Shown piece after piece: positions 9,969 through 21,515 of a stretch of DNA of 38,932 nt (positions are counted from its first letter, which is position 1; every line of letters begins with the position of its first letter). Origin of the DNA: Squatina squatina (lineage: Eukaryota). The translations under genes and the position numbers were made by a program. The notes under the pieces were generated by a model, which saw nothing but the letters and a program-made list of their open reading frames with translations, was not told the DNA's origin and made no database searches. The DNA is taken from contig JARFOE010000004.1 in NCBI GenBank assembly GCA_031763465.1, positions 12,978,184 to 13,017,115 on the forward strand, written 5' to 3'.

Positions 9969-10310
9969 TCTGCTATTTTAATCCAAGGCCTGGTTGGGGA
10001 GGAGTGGTGGCTTTCCAGCAAGGCCAAACCTGGCGGGAGATGCATTGAGGGCTAGAAGAGGCCCAGTATGGTCCCTGGGCCCCACCTTGGGCCTCCCTTA
10101 CCCTAGGGTTGTCCTCTCCCCCAATAGCAATCCCCTCTGGAACCCTCCCCCTCCCACCACATACCTGACTACCAAGGACCGTTCCCATCGATCCTTGGCA
10201 ATGGCCTCCTGCCACCTGAATTCCAACTCCTCCCCACTAGCCAGGCAGTGATTCCTATTGAGTTCAGGGCCTGAATATGAAAATGAAGCTCGGGGGTTAA
10301 AATCTCTCCT
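9969..10310. mobile_element. GC-rich non-autonomous DNA transposon (MITE) fragment
   Basis: GC-rich island with attttaa near the left end and gttaaaatc near the right end (about 10297-10305), the subterminal motif seen in other MITEs here. The family is not assigned. Confidence 0.4.
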
Positions 10311-11092
10311 GATCTCGGCATACGAGCTTGTCGCTTGCCCAGAGACTGCCTTCACGCATTGATCACATCCCGAGATACAATTCGAGGTGAGTGTTTCCAT
10401 TATAATAAGAACAGCTTGGCATCATTTAAAATAAACAGATTAATGCCCCAATAAAGTGGCAGATAAAAGAATTCTGTAGAAAAGTGTTGAACATTAATAC
10501 ACTAATATTTGACTAGCCTAATTTCAAGGGATAAATGTTTCATTAGGGGCTTTTAAAAACATGTAAAAAAATGTTTTAAAAGTATGGTGTATTCTAACTA
10601 TTGAGGTCTGCAGAAAGCTGGGTGATTTCCCCCACCACCCCTCACCCCAACCCTCTGTCCATCCCGGCAGTCCACAGCCTATATAAAAGCTGCTGTGTGG
10701 TACATTGAATGAACAAATGCCTCAACCAGCCATGAACCCATGACTAAACTGTGGTATTTTGCAACCTTTATTTTGAATAATAAAGTCTACTTATACATAA
10801 AGTTCATCAAAGACCTTTAATTAGTTGTCTCATGTCTTACAGTAAGATTAAGCAGCATGTGTGGTTCTGCAGGAAGGGACACACTTCTGAAAAATATTAC
10901 TACTCGGAAGGTTATAAAGAGATAAAATGGATGGGTAAAAAGACACTCTACAATTGATTAATAGATTTATTTCAATGTAGCCTGAAGCCGTGTGAGGGCT
11001 GCTGTCTGATGTGGGTTTAGAATGCTTATACTTTGATATATTCTTCAAATGAAATTTTTAAAGCAGAAATGATTTAAGTAATTAGAATGGTA

Positions 11093-11300
11093 TGTTATAG
11101 AATTTCCACGGAATACGGAACAGAGACCATACGGATGACATCATCACACGAGGTATAAATACAGGATACACAACAGCGCTTGGTGAGTGGTTTGAGCTCA
11201 TAAGCCACTCCATTCCAGCAAAGATCTTGTTTGCAACAAACACCCACTCGTTGTACAAGCTCGTGTGGCAATCTTACGATACACAATTCCTATATTATCA
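11093..11300 (+). mobile_element. Possible solo LTR
   Basis: Starts TGTTATAG, contains tgacatca and a TATA-like ggtataaatac, is CpG-richer than its flanks, and could end in ..ACA (11284) or ..ATCA (11300). There is no clean TSD. Confidence 0.3.
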
Positions 11301-11400
11301 TGGAGTTTCTCCAATTTATTTAGTCTTCTATAGGAAGTGCAGGCAATTCATTTCTGACCTAAAGTGAGTAGAAAAACACCAAAATATCAAACTAATATAT

Positions 11401-11473
11401 TTCAAATAAAAACAGAAAATGCTGGAAACACTCAGCAGGTCAGGCAGCATCTGTAGAGAGAGAAACAGAGTTA
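11401..11473 (-). mobile_element. Penelope-like (hammerhead-associated) short repeat, truncated
   Basis: aaataaaaacagaaaatgctggaaacactcagcaggtcaggcagcatctgtagagagagaaacagagtta matches an abundant elasmobranch repeat as I recall it. Its reverse complement aligns with the decayed copy at 37400-37490. Confidence 0.65.
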
Positions 11474-11475
11474 GC

Positions 11476-12007
11476 GACCAGGAATTTTCTGTACCTGGGT
11501 GGGCCGGTTGCGGGCAGTTGCTGTGGCGGGCCCTGTTCTTCATTCCATCCCACTCCTGAAATCAACTTTCCATTAATGGCACCTGATAAGGCAGTCCTGC
11601 ATGTTACCTGGCGCTAGTAAATGGTGTGGGTCTGATGATGTCTTCAATGACACATTTTCAGCTGGGATATTTAAAGGAGCCATGGCCGTATTGCATTTGA
11701 AGGTTCACCAAGGATAATGCAGGCACTGCATTGCACCAGGGGAGTGTTGCAAAGAGTGGCAAAAATGAATGCACAGAGACAGAGGGCTGCACCCAGGTTC
11801 TTAGATGGCTCCCTCTATATGCTTGTGGAGGGAGTGAGAGCAGGCAGGGAGGCCCTCTTTCCTTCCGATGGGTGAACAAGACCTCCGCAATAGACCAATG
11901 GAGGCTGGCTCCAAATAGCAGAGGAGGTCAACAGCAGGGATGAGTACAGTGCTGCAAGCATTTCAATTATCTCAATAAATCAGGAAAAGTGAGTGCAAAG
12001 CTGCACT
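11476..12007 (+). mobile_element. Second copy of the Harbinger-type Myb/SANT element (left end and exon 1)
   Basis: Similar to 7713-8260, sharing gggtctgatgatgtc, taaagga.ccatg, ggctgcacccagg and aaatcaggaaa.gtgagtgcaaagc. Reads RAAPRFLDGSLYMLVEGVRAGREALFPSDG*...WLQIAEEVNSR..QCCKHFNYLNKSGK|gtgagt and runs into the 512-N gap. Confidence 0.75.
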
Positions 12008-12519
12008 NNNNNNNNNNNNNNNNNNNNNNNNNNNNNNNNNNNNNNNNNNNNNNNNNNNNNNNNNNNNNNNNNNNNNNNNNNNNNNNNNNNNNNNNNNNNN
12101 NNNNNNNNNNNNNNNNNNNNNNNNNNNNNNNNNNNNNNNNNNNNNNNNNNNNNNNNNNNNNNNNNNNNNNNNNNNNNNNNNNNNNNNNNNNNNNNNNNNN
12201 NNNNNNNNNNNNNNNNNNNNNNNNNNNNNNNNNNNNNNNNNNNNNNNNNNNNNNNNNNNNNNNNNNNNNNNNNNNNNNNNNNNNNNNNNNNNNNNNNNNN
12301 NNNNNNNNNNNNNNNNNNNNNNNNNNNNNNNNNNNNNNNNNNNNNNNNNNNNNNNNNNNNNNNNNNNNNNNNNNNNNNNNNNNNNNNNNNNNNNNNNNNN
12401 NNNNNNNNNNNNNNNNNNNNNNNNNNNNNNNNNNNNNNNNNNNNNNNNNNNNNNNNNNNNNNNNNNNNNNNNNNNNNNNNNNNNNNNNNNNNNNNNNNNN
12501 NNNNNNNNNNNNNNNNNNN

Positions 12520-12665
12520 AGGGATTCAAACATGGAATTCTGGGAAAGATGGGCTCGAATTTGGGAGGCAATAACACGTTCAAGGACCTGAGAGGCAGGA
12601 GGTTGGAAATAGGGTAGTAGTTTGCAAGGACAGAGGGGTCAAGGGTTGGTTTTTAAGAGGAGAGT
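12520..12665 (-). mobile_element. L2 LINE reverse transcriptase N-terminal fragment
   Basis: The minus strand reads LDPSVLANYYPISNL and, after a frameshift, VLERVIASQIRAHLSQNSMFESL (cf. NYRPISNL..LSKxLE). Confidence 0.85.
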
Positions 12666-13454
12666 TTTTTTTTAAAAGGGCAATTCTACTAGATTTTTGA
12701 ACCCCACATTACACTAAATAGCTTATTGACTGTTATTTTGTATTACATTCATCCCTTGAGATTCCTTTAGATGTATTACAACTGTCTTTGACAAGATTAA
12801 CACTTTGAAATCTAGGTGTTCATGGATGTTTCAAGTAATCGGTTAAGCAAGAAGCAAATTGTTTGTGCTTTGCATTCCTTGTTTCTTTTTAGCAGAAGAC
12901 AGCTGACCATGCTGGAATATCTTTCAAACAATAAGCACACTTTTCTTCAATTTGAGATAGGTACAATAATTTTACTGGCTTTTAAACTACAAAATTTAAA
13001 AATACATGTCTGGTGAATGGCCCTGTAGATTGCTCTTAATTGCCAAAAATCTAATCTATATACAATGGCCATTTCAATATACTCCAACAGTAATCTTTAA
13101 AAAAATGGATACTATAAACTTATATTAAATCATTGTAATCGATTTACCACACTGACATGAGGCAGGACAGGCTTTAAAGCTGTCATCATTAGCTATATTA
13201 TAGTACATGTCACCTAATGTATTGCATTAATTTGAGCAGTCTAATAATGCCAGTTTCAGAAATAATTCACTGAAAATAAAGGATCAATATCCACTCACAT
13301 GTGTGATATCAATTACAAATGTGATTACCCTGGGTGTGTCCATGCCTGTTTGTGTTGCAATACAGCAAAACAATGACAAAGGGGCAAAATTAAAGGCATA
13401 AATAAGAAGTGAGAGTAAGAGACATAAAGAGAGATAGGAGCAAATTTTACAAGT

Positions 13455-13635
13455 CAGTGCTCCCATTGCAAAGCTTGGTTAATGGTAGGGTAGGATGGCC
13501 CATCAGGCTTGGAGGTTAGCAGGCCTGATTGTGGCCGTGCAGCTTGTGAATCAGATGGATTGACCACTGCACCCGATTGTTTGATGTGCCTTCCCACTGA
13601 GTCAGGTGGGAACACTATCTCACAAAATTTACCCC
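13455..13635. mobile_element. MITE right-end fragment
   Basis: GC-richer segment ending AAAATTTACCCC, the reverse complement of the GGGGTA(G/A)ATTTT terminus seen at 6897. The left boundary is approximate. Confidence 0.4.
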
Positions 13636-13650
13636 AATGAATGCGTTCGT

Positions 13651-13946
13651 GTATGTGTGTGTGAGAGAGAGAGGGAGCGAGAGAGAGAGTGTGAGCAAGT
13701 GTGTGTGTATGGGAGAGAGTGTGAGAGATAGAGAGTGAGAGAGTGCATGTGAGAGAGTTTGAGAGAGAGCATGTGTGAAAGAGCGTGTGTGTGAGAGAGT
13801 GAGAAAGTGTGTTTGAGAGAGTGAGTGTGAATGAGAGAGTGTTTGTGAGATTAAGTGTGTGAGAGACTGTGTGAGAGAGAGAGAGTGTGCGTGAGAGAAA
13901 GAGAGTGAGTGAGAGTGAGTGAGTGAGTGAGAGTTTGTGTGTGAGA
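13651..13946. repeat. Compound (GA)n/(GT)n/(GAGT)n microsatellite
   Basis: Directly visible; it runs into a 100-N gap. Confidence 0.95.
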
Positions 13947-14915
13947 NNNNNNNNNNNNNNNNNNNNNNNNNNNNNNNNNNNNNNNNNNNNNNNNNNNNNN
14001 NNNNNNNNNNNNNNNNNNNNNNNNNNNNNNNNNNNNNNNNNNNNNNGCAGGATGGTGTTCCCTGAAATGGGCCCTTGTTGCACCTGCTTTACGTCCAATC
14101 TCTATCTCAAAAGTCTTTAAACAAATATTTTAAAGAAAAAACCTTTTGAAAAAAAAGCAAACTACAATAATGTTCAACAACACCAGATGCATGTGAATCT
14201 GTGACAGGCAAGGTGTGACACTCTTGACATTAAAACCTCCCACCATAGCCCCACTTACAGATGTGATAGGTCCTATGGGTACAATAATGAGTTTCCCACA
14301 GGAGCAAAGTGGGTATGACAGTTTTTGATGAAATATCCTTGAGCTGAATTCAATATTGAAAACTTATGCTATGTAGAAATTCTCAGAGCTCTCTACATAC
14401 CTTTGTTAGGTCCACTATACGATTTCAGCATCATCAGCGAAGGATTTGGGGCCTGTCATGTGCACCAAATTTGCACACTAACTTCTATGAATGGAATAAT
14501 GCAGAAACTTCCCTTCCCACCTCGAGAATTTACCAAATTTGAATGGGGAGGGGCAGAGAGAATAGCTGTATTGCTATTGTTTGCTGAACCACCGTTTGCT
14601 GATTTCTGGCCTGATTCATGAGAGAAACTGCTACCTGGATATAGCAACGGCAATAACAATAGTTAGCTGAAATAGTTCAGAAACCATCCTGAAGGTAGGG
14701 AAAATTAATAGCATTTACTCAGGCATGATCTTTCTATCTACTGGATTTAGCTGAGGGCATTCAAACCTCTGAAGCATTAAGGGTGCGCNNNNNNNNNNNN
14801 NNNNNNNNNNNNNNNNNNNNNNNNNNNNNNNNNNNNNNNNNNNNNNNNNNNNNNNNNNNNNNNNNNNNNNNNNNNNNNNNNNNNNNNNCCATTCCCTCCC
14901 CATAATTATCAGGGC

Positions 14916-15004
14916 CAATGCTCCAGCTGAGGCCTAAGCAGTGTTTTATAATTTTCTTGCATTAATTCCTTGCTTTTGTACTCCATGCCCCTACTTATAA
15001 AGCC
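14916..15004 (-). mobile_element. CR1 ORF2 fragment
   Basis: The minus strand reads GFISRGMEYKSKELMQENYKTLLRPQLEH (cf. CR1 GFIxRGIEYKSxEVML.LYKTLVRPxLEY). Confidence 0.85.
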
Positions 15005-15454
15005 GTGGCTTTTGAACAGTTTTATTAAATTCAACTTCAAATTTGTCTATTTGTTACTTTGTCATTATTTCCCTACATTACTTATAAGCGGAAGATTCCG
15101 ATTTAGTGGCTGGACACAAGTTGGGCTCTTTTGTGCCCAACATAGCAGCTCATTAAGTGGGAAAATTGGATTTGCAGTGTTTAGTCAGTATTACTAATTG
15201 GATCCATTTAAAAAAAATAAACTGGTGGTGATGATTGTGATTGACGGACATAGTGGCGCTGACTCTTCGTATTCAGATACTTAATTGCTCCTTCTGAAAT
15301 GCTAGATATAAGGAATTCAAGAGTGTATATTAATTTTCCATGTTAATGATTTCCCCCACATGCATTCTAATGGATGAACACTGCTGAAGCACATTATTAT
15401 TGAAAGGTGATCATTATGGAGCTGAGAAGCTTTAATTGACATTTCTGTGCTGTA

Positions 15455-15712
15455 CAATAATGCGAGGAACTCACTGACTCCTTTGTCACTAAGAATGAGA
15501 CCATCTGATCAGCTGACTCTTGCACTTCACTCCCTTCCCCTAGCCCACCAGTCAAAATTTCCCCTGCCCAGCCCTGAACTCACATTTTCTCCAGGTTCTC
15601 TCCTATCTCCCCTCATAATTTCTCCAATCTCATCTTGTCCATGAGGCCCACCACATGCTCCCTCGACCTTATTCCCACTAAACTGCTGACCACCCAACTT
15701 CTCTACCTGACC
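15455..15712 (+). mobile_element. L2 LINE ORF2 fragment (region before the RT domain)
   Basis: Reads CEELTDSFVTKNETI* and then FSPISPHNFSNLILSMRPTTCSLDLIPTKLLTTQL (cf. L2 ..TCxLDPIPT.LL). Confidence 0.8.
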
Positions 15713-16351
15713 CGGCGAATGATNNNNNNNNNNNNNNNNNNNNNNNNNNNNNNNNNNNNNNNNNNNNNNNNNNNNNNNNNNNNNNNNNNNNNNNNNNNNN
15801 NNNNNNNNNNNNNNNNNNNNNNNAGTGAAAGTGGGATCATTTATGACAAAAAATGGTTCAATTTAACAGGATCTCAAATTAAGTATTATTATTTTAAAAT
15901 GATTTATACACACAATTACTGTAATGAAGCTAGCATTCATTTACTCATTATTATACGATGTTTCCCTTTATCAGAAGAATTACAAATTATGCAGATAAAT
16001 CCCAGAAGGATGAGCCAAAAATAATAGTAACACTTCTTTAAATTATCTGTGTTACAAATTAATAATGTATGTGACACGATGTACTGATTATAGTTCCATA
16101 TTTACAATTTAATAAAATTCGCTTTCAGCGTTTTTGTGCAAGCACACTTTAATTATTCAAATTAATTGTAATAGAATATTATTATACAGCTAAGCTTTTT
16201 GTGATTAGTGTGGAATGGCTTTGTTAAACGTTTAATACTGTTTTACAGCAGACTTCTGAAATGAAATGTTAGCACATTATCAAATAAAACTGGATATGTG
16301 CCGCTTCATAATGCATATAGCATATACAGTAAGATCTTTGTAATCTAATCA

Positions 16352-16369
16352 GTGTGTGTGTGTGTGTGT
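16352..16369. repeat. (GT)9 microsatellite
   Basis: Directly visible. Confidence 0.9.
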
Positions 16370-16382
16370 TTTGTACTGCTGA

Positions 16383-16432
16383 GTGTCAGCCATGGTTCAG
16401 CAGTAGCATTTTTGCTTGTAAGTCAGAAGGTG
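16383..16432 (+). mobile_element. DeuSINE tRNA-derived head, 5' fragment
   Basis: gtgtcagccatggttcagcagtagca...agtcagaaggt matches the reverse complement of the head at 21455-21515. Confidence 0.65.
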
Positions 16433-16499
16433 GATGGTACCCATGATGACCTAATGGGAGGAGGGGAAATCAAATTACTTTGCCCCTGTGCGAGCACCC

Positions 16500-17077
16500 T
16501 TTAACCCCAATTTTAACCAGGAACGGGAATTGATGCTCCAGAGCTGAAGAACAGGGCAAAAAAAAAAACAACTTTAATTCCTGTGCCTCATCTGCATTCT
16601 GCCGGTCAGGGCCCGCTGGAAACAGGTAGGAAGCAGCAGCTGGGAAGGTGGGAGTGGAATTTCAGGTGACAAAAACCTGTCAGTCAGTTCCAAAAGAACA
16701 TTTACTGCAACAAGGTAAGTTCTGGAAGGGGGTTTTGGGAAGTTCTCGAGAGGGGGAAGGATCGGAGCAGTGTGAGCATGGGCAGGAAAGGCCTAAATCT
16801 TCCATGTGGGGTCCGAAGTAGCATTCCTGAAGCATTTGGTGTGCAGCACTAAGGGGTGACTGCGTGCAACGAAGATATAATCGCTGGTTGCCCGGATCAC
16901 TACCGACCGGACACAGTGCTACCGAGGCAGCACTTCCATTAACTCCACGTGACTTTGCTGGAGCCGATAGCGCCCCACTCCACCACCACCCCGCCCCCAG
17001 ACGACAACAGTTTAGCACCCTGTTAGCGCCCCCAGAGGTGCTAACAGACATTGCAAAACAGGGCAATTTCAACCCCC
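16500..17077. mobile_element. Cluster of GC-rich MITE fragments (Harbinger-like)
   Basis: GC/CpG-rich island in an AT-rich background, ending CAATTTCAACCCC (17064-17076). A related terminus, GAAATTCAACCCC, ends another fragment at 22792-22804. Confidence 0.5.
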
Positions 17078-17396
17078 CAGTTTAAACTACTTGGCTTACC
17101 AACTTCCTGATGCTTGTCCAGTTAGGGTCACCTTCATGCCGTCATTAGGGCATTGGCTTGCTGAATGAGGAGAATCGCAGCTCCCAAATAAGGTAAAGTG
17201 TGAGGGAAATTAGGGTAGTGTTTTGATAAAGCAAAATGGGCGAAACTGACTTCCACCTGAACTTGTTGGCTAAAAAGGTCCTTCACANNNNNNNNNNNNN
17301 NNNNNNNNNNNNNNNNNNNNNNNNNNNNNNNNNNNNNNNNNNNNNNNNNNNNNNNNNNNNNNNNNNNNNNNNNNNNNNNNNNNNNNNTTGCTTCCT

Positions 17397-17645
17397 TCAT
17401 CATTAAAATAGATTGTAAATAGTTGAGGACCCAGCACTGATCCCTGTGGCACCTCACTAGTTAGAGATTGCCATCCTGAAAATGACCCATTTATCCCGAC
17501 TCTCTGTTTTGTTAGTTAGCCAATCCTCTATCCATGCTAATACATTAACCCCCAACACCATGAGCTCTTATCTTGTGCAGTAACCTTTTGTGTGGCACCT
17601 TATCGAATGCCTTTTGGAAATCCAAATATACTACATCTACTGGTT
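17397..17645 (-). mobile_element. CR1 LINE reverse transcriptase fragment
   Basis: The minus strand reads PVDVVYLDFQKAFDKVPHKRLLHKIRAHGVGG / NVLAWIEDWLTN / KQRVGINGSFSGWQSLTSEVPQGSVLGPQLFTIYFND, with two frameshifts. Confidence 0.95.
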
Positions 17646-19710
17646 TAGGAGCAAAAGTTAATTTGAAAGCAAAGAAGCAATAGAAGATGCAGAATTTTGC
17701 ACAAGATGCAAGGCACATATTCATAACTGCAAACTTTTAAAGATTGCCTTTGTAATAAGGAGCTCGCTGGTTGTTAAAATTTAAAATGTACATTGTTAGA
17801 TATCTAGCCTGGGATTCACATTAAGTAGGGAATGCTTGAAAGCAAATCATTCAAGCTAAATGCTTATGGTTAGGATTTTTTTCCATTTCAGCAAATCCAC
17901 GTGAGAGACTCCTGTTGTGGTACGTTACTAATTAATATATACCCACTGAGCATGTCACTCTTCAGAAAATGAATTGTGGCAATTTTATATTTATTAATGT
18001 GCTTGCATTGATTATTGCTTAAATAAAACATTGGGGACAATTTCTATCAGAGAGAAGAATTCTGTTGCAAACTGGCAGCTCCTCAGAACGCATTCTCTAA
18101 GGATATACAGAGAACAGCAGCTGTGACCAGATGAACAGTTAAGAGGTGATGCTTCACCGAATCCATCACTCAACTTAATTTTTTTTGTATAATCTGTAGG
18201 ACAAGTTTTTTTGTGCTCATCTGGTGGATGATTATGTCTCAGTGTTAAGAAGATTAGAAACATTCAGTGTGTTGTGCTCAAAGGTGTGGCTGTTTATTAT
18301 GTTAAAGTTCATTAGCTTTGAAGACCTAACATAGATGTTCTCCCTTATGCTAAAAATGAAAATATACAATATCCATATAGTACATCCAGCAGAATGTCTT
18401 TCCCTGTCAAGTTACTTTTGACCACATTTAATGAACTTAAACCAATCAGAAATCTAACATTTGATGTGTGGCTCTCAACAGCTACTGAGAAACAGCTGAG
18501 CTCACTGGTTCAAACTTCAAGCTGTGTTCCCCTGGTGCTTTAATCCAGCAACTTAATAGCTAATTCACTTCATTGTTAATGCATCCTGGTGCCTGAACAC
18601 AGAGCTACGTTGGTGTGCAAGGTAGAGCGCAGCCCTCAATACGTGTACTCGGAGTTCCAAAGTGAAGTTGGGTCCATAGGGTTGAGCAATCTTGATGGAA
18701 GAAGGGAACAAAACCAAGAGGAAAGTGGGTTGAGGAAAATAACAAAAGTATGAAACAACCTATTTTACTTTTGGCCATAGTATCAAACGCAGGACAATCT
18801 GAATAGCACATCAATTTAATGGATTGCTCAGCTCCACATTTGTAACATTTCAACTCATCTTTTAAAAAAAGTATATTTTGTGTTTTGAAAAAGACATACT
18901 GCAATACCTCAAATTTGTTAGACCAAAGTAGCATTTGATTTCTTTCCACCTGCCTTTCTATGATGGATACATGGGAATGTCTGGAGATTCTTGAAAATAA
19001 AATGGAATTGTAAGGTCTCAATGCAGTGAGGCAGATTGAAACTGCTATTCGTGACTTTTGCCAATGAGCTTTTTGTTCTATACAATAACAGAATTATATT
19101 GTGATGTTTTGAACCTGAAGTATGTTCAATAGATCATTTGTTTCTGCTTCTCAATATGCCACCTTAGTAGCACTGAATGAGNNNNNNNNNNNNNNNNNNN
19201 NNNNNNNNNNNNNNNNNNNNNNNNNNNNNNNNNNNNNNNNNNNNNNNNNNNNNNNNNNNNNNNNNNNNNNNNNNNNNNNNNCACAAAGGTCAAGTCTGCT
19301 GTAGGTGTAATCTTTGCCCAACAGCCAGCATGCTTGGTTAAAATAAAGCTGCAAGCCTTGAAATGGGACTACCAAGGCAAAAATTCCAGCTTAAACCAAT
19401 TCCCCAATGGAAATTAAATAACATTTAATTGGCTCGGAGGGTGGGGGGGAAAAGAGGACAGACTGCACAAGTGGCTGAGCACTGATTCAGTGGTACGGTT
19501 TAGCTCACCCCGCTGGAGTAAGGATTTAATACCAGACAGAATCAGCAAAATAAAAGGCACACATACAAGTTTAACTTGCTTGGCAAGTGCTCACAAATGA
19601 GACACGTGTTCCTTCTGAAATCTGCACACAAATACAGAACTACGCATCACTTAACACTTGTACAGAGCTGCTTTTGAAATGGGCTTTGCACAGCTCCCTA
19701 CTAGAGTCAA

Positions 19711-19853
19711 CATGGAATTACAGCACAGAAGCAGGCCGCTCAGCCCAACTGGTCGGTGCCCGTGTTTCCCCTTAAATGCATCTATGCTATTCGCCTCAAC
19801 CACTCCATGCGGTAGCGAGTTCCACATTCTCAACACTCTCTGGGTAAAGAAGT
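19711..19853 (-). mobile_element. CR1 3' end with internal deletion
   Basis: FFTQRVLRMWNSLPHGVVEANSIDAFKGK is joined directly to the terminal motif gaccagttgggctgagcggcctgcttctgtgctgtaattc. Confidence 0.9.
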
Positions 19854-19971
19854 CATCCTGTAAAGACAGGCCCTTTACATCGTACGATAGGAGGGAGATA
19901 ATTGCACCAAGAACTGCCCCCAACTCCTCCTGTCTATTTTTCTGTATTACCAATTTGTTTTTTTTTGAAGA

Positions 19972-20090
19972 GAGTCAGAAAGTCGTAGGTTCAAGTCCCT
20001 GTCCAGAACCTTGAGCACAAAAATCTAGGCCGACACTCCAATGCAGTACTGGAGTCATCTTTCAGATGAGATGATAAACCGAGCCCCTGT
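19972..20090 (+). mobile_element. DeuSINE 5' part (B box and start of the Deu domain)
   Basis: Pol III B-box-like GGTTCAAGTCC (19988-19998), then cttgagcacaaaaatctaggccgacactcca.tgcagtactg, then catctttcagatgagatgataaaccgag. Confidence 0.85.
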
Positions 20091-21383
20091 GTCCGATGAG
20101 TGATGCAGGCATTAATATTCAATCACAGTAATAGTTCCTTGATTACGTTCCTTCATCCCTGATTGGGGAATACAATGACCGTCTCAATCTGTAGCATCCT
20201 GGTATTGATGGCCCCCATCGCCATGATTGGTTTCTCATTCGCATTCCATCTCGGCCTAACTGGCTCTCCTTCGATGCAATGACTCCTGTCATGAGCATGA
20301 CTCCAGCCAGTCTTGGTTCGAGGAGGTTCAATGGGTGCTTTATTGTGTGATTCATCGGGTTATCAGACCCCAGTAAGGCCATTAGAGCCAATGACGTCAG
20401 TCCCGGTCTAAGCCTTTGTGCTCGGACTTATCCCTGTTCCAGTATGCAGAAGTTATGTGTAGTGGGGCTTACATGTCCAGACAGCCCCCTTATGCCTGCT
20501 ACCCAATTACACCCACGTGGCAGCTCAGGTTTTTTTCCTTGTGGGCGATTCCATTTTAAAATGTCCAATTTAAAGTCCAGTAAGTCCTTATAGCGAATGC
20601 TACAATAGCATGATAGAAAGAAAAAGAATGATCGGGAAAACATGACAGGAAATTATTCCTTTTTGGAGTGAGGGACATTTTCCTCTGAAGAGTAGCATAT
20701 GAGCAGCCTGATTGGAAGAAACAGAACAAATAAATCATACCTGACCTGTGACCAGGCAAGGAAGAAATGTGCTGCTTTCTGAAAGGTTGCCAAAGTTAGT
20801 GTGCTCACAATTTATTGTGTTTTTCGATAATGAGAGAAAATAATGGACGACCAGGAGTAAATTACAGACATATGGCCCAAATTGATTTGGGGTCAATATG
20901 TGTCCAAGTGTTGCAGCCAAAAATGCATGCACAGACTTAAAAGCAGCCAAGGGCTCCATGCACATCTCTAATTGAATCTATTTATCTTCTATTTTCAGTA
21001 GCTTTCAAGGACAGCTAACATTAGCTATGCAGTATTTAACAAGCATTTAAAATGATGTTATTGTTGCTTGATACAACATGGATGAAAAGATTTCACAGCA
21101 GAATTTAATTAACTTTTGGTTACTGAAGAAAACAAGTATCTGTGACAATTTTAATACATTCACAAGAAATATAATCAAACCGTCATGAAATAAATTGGTT
21201 TCCTCACAAAAAAAGGATTCTGTATAAAATATGAGAAAATTCAAATGCATTCAATTGACATTTTCATTTAGCTGTAGAAATTTNNNNNNNNNNNNNNNNN
21301 NNNNNNNNNNNNNNNNNNNNNNNNNNNNNNNNNNNNNNNNNNNNNNNNNNNNNNNNNNNNNNNNNNNNNNNNNNNNNNNNNNN

Positions 21384-21515
21384 CTGCACTCTCTCAGCAT
21401 TGCACTGGAGTGTCAGCCTAGATTTATATGCTCAAAATCCCTGGAGTGGGACTTGAACCCACAACCTTCTGACTTCAAAGATTAAGGGTGCTACCCACAG
21501 AGCCATAGCTGACAC
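21384..21515 (-). mobile_element. DeuSINE tRNA-derived head
   Basis: The reverse complement gives gtgtcagctatggctctgtgggtagcac (A-box-like)...gggttcaagtcccactccag (B box)...ctaggctgacactccagtgca. Confidence 0.9.

Noticed and set aside
11967-12591. Four ORFs of about 190-200 aa, and the many other X-containing ORFs
   Set aside because: They are open only because N runs contain no stop codons.
13454-14098. 214-aa Ser/Leu/Thr/His-rich ORF
   Set aside because: It is the translation of a GA/GT microsatellite plus a gap.
18605-19021. 138-aa ORF, and similar gap-free ORFs at 30273-30671 and 16680-17072
   Set aside because: They have no recognisable domain or exon structure, and their lengths are compatible with chance or TE-derived sequence.
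21384-21515. tRNA gene (A and B boxes); also 19972-20000 and 16383-16432
   Set aside because: The boxes belong to tRNA-derived SINE heads that continue into SINE body sequence, and no full cloverleaf is evident.
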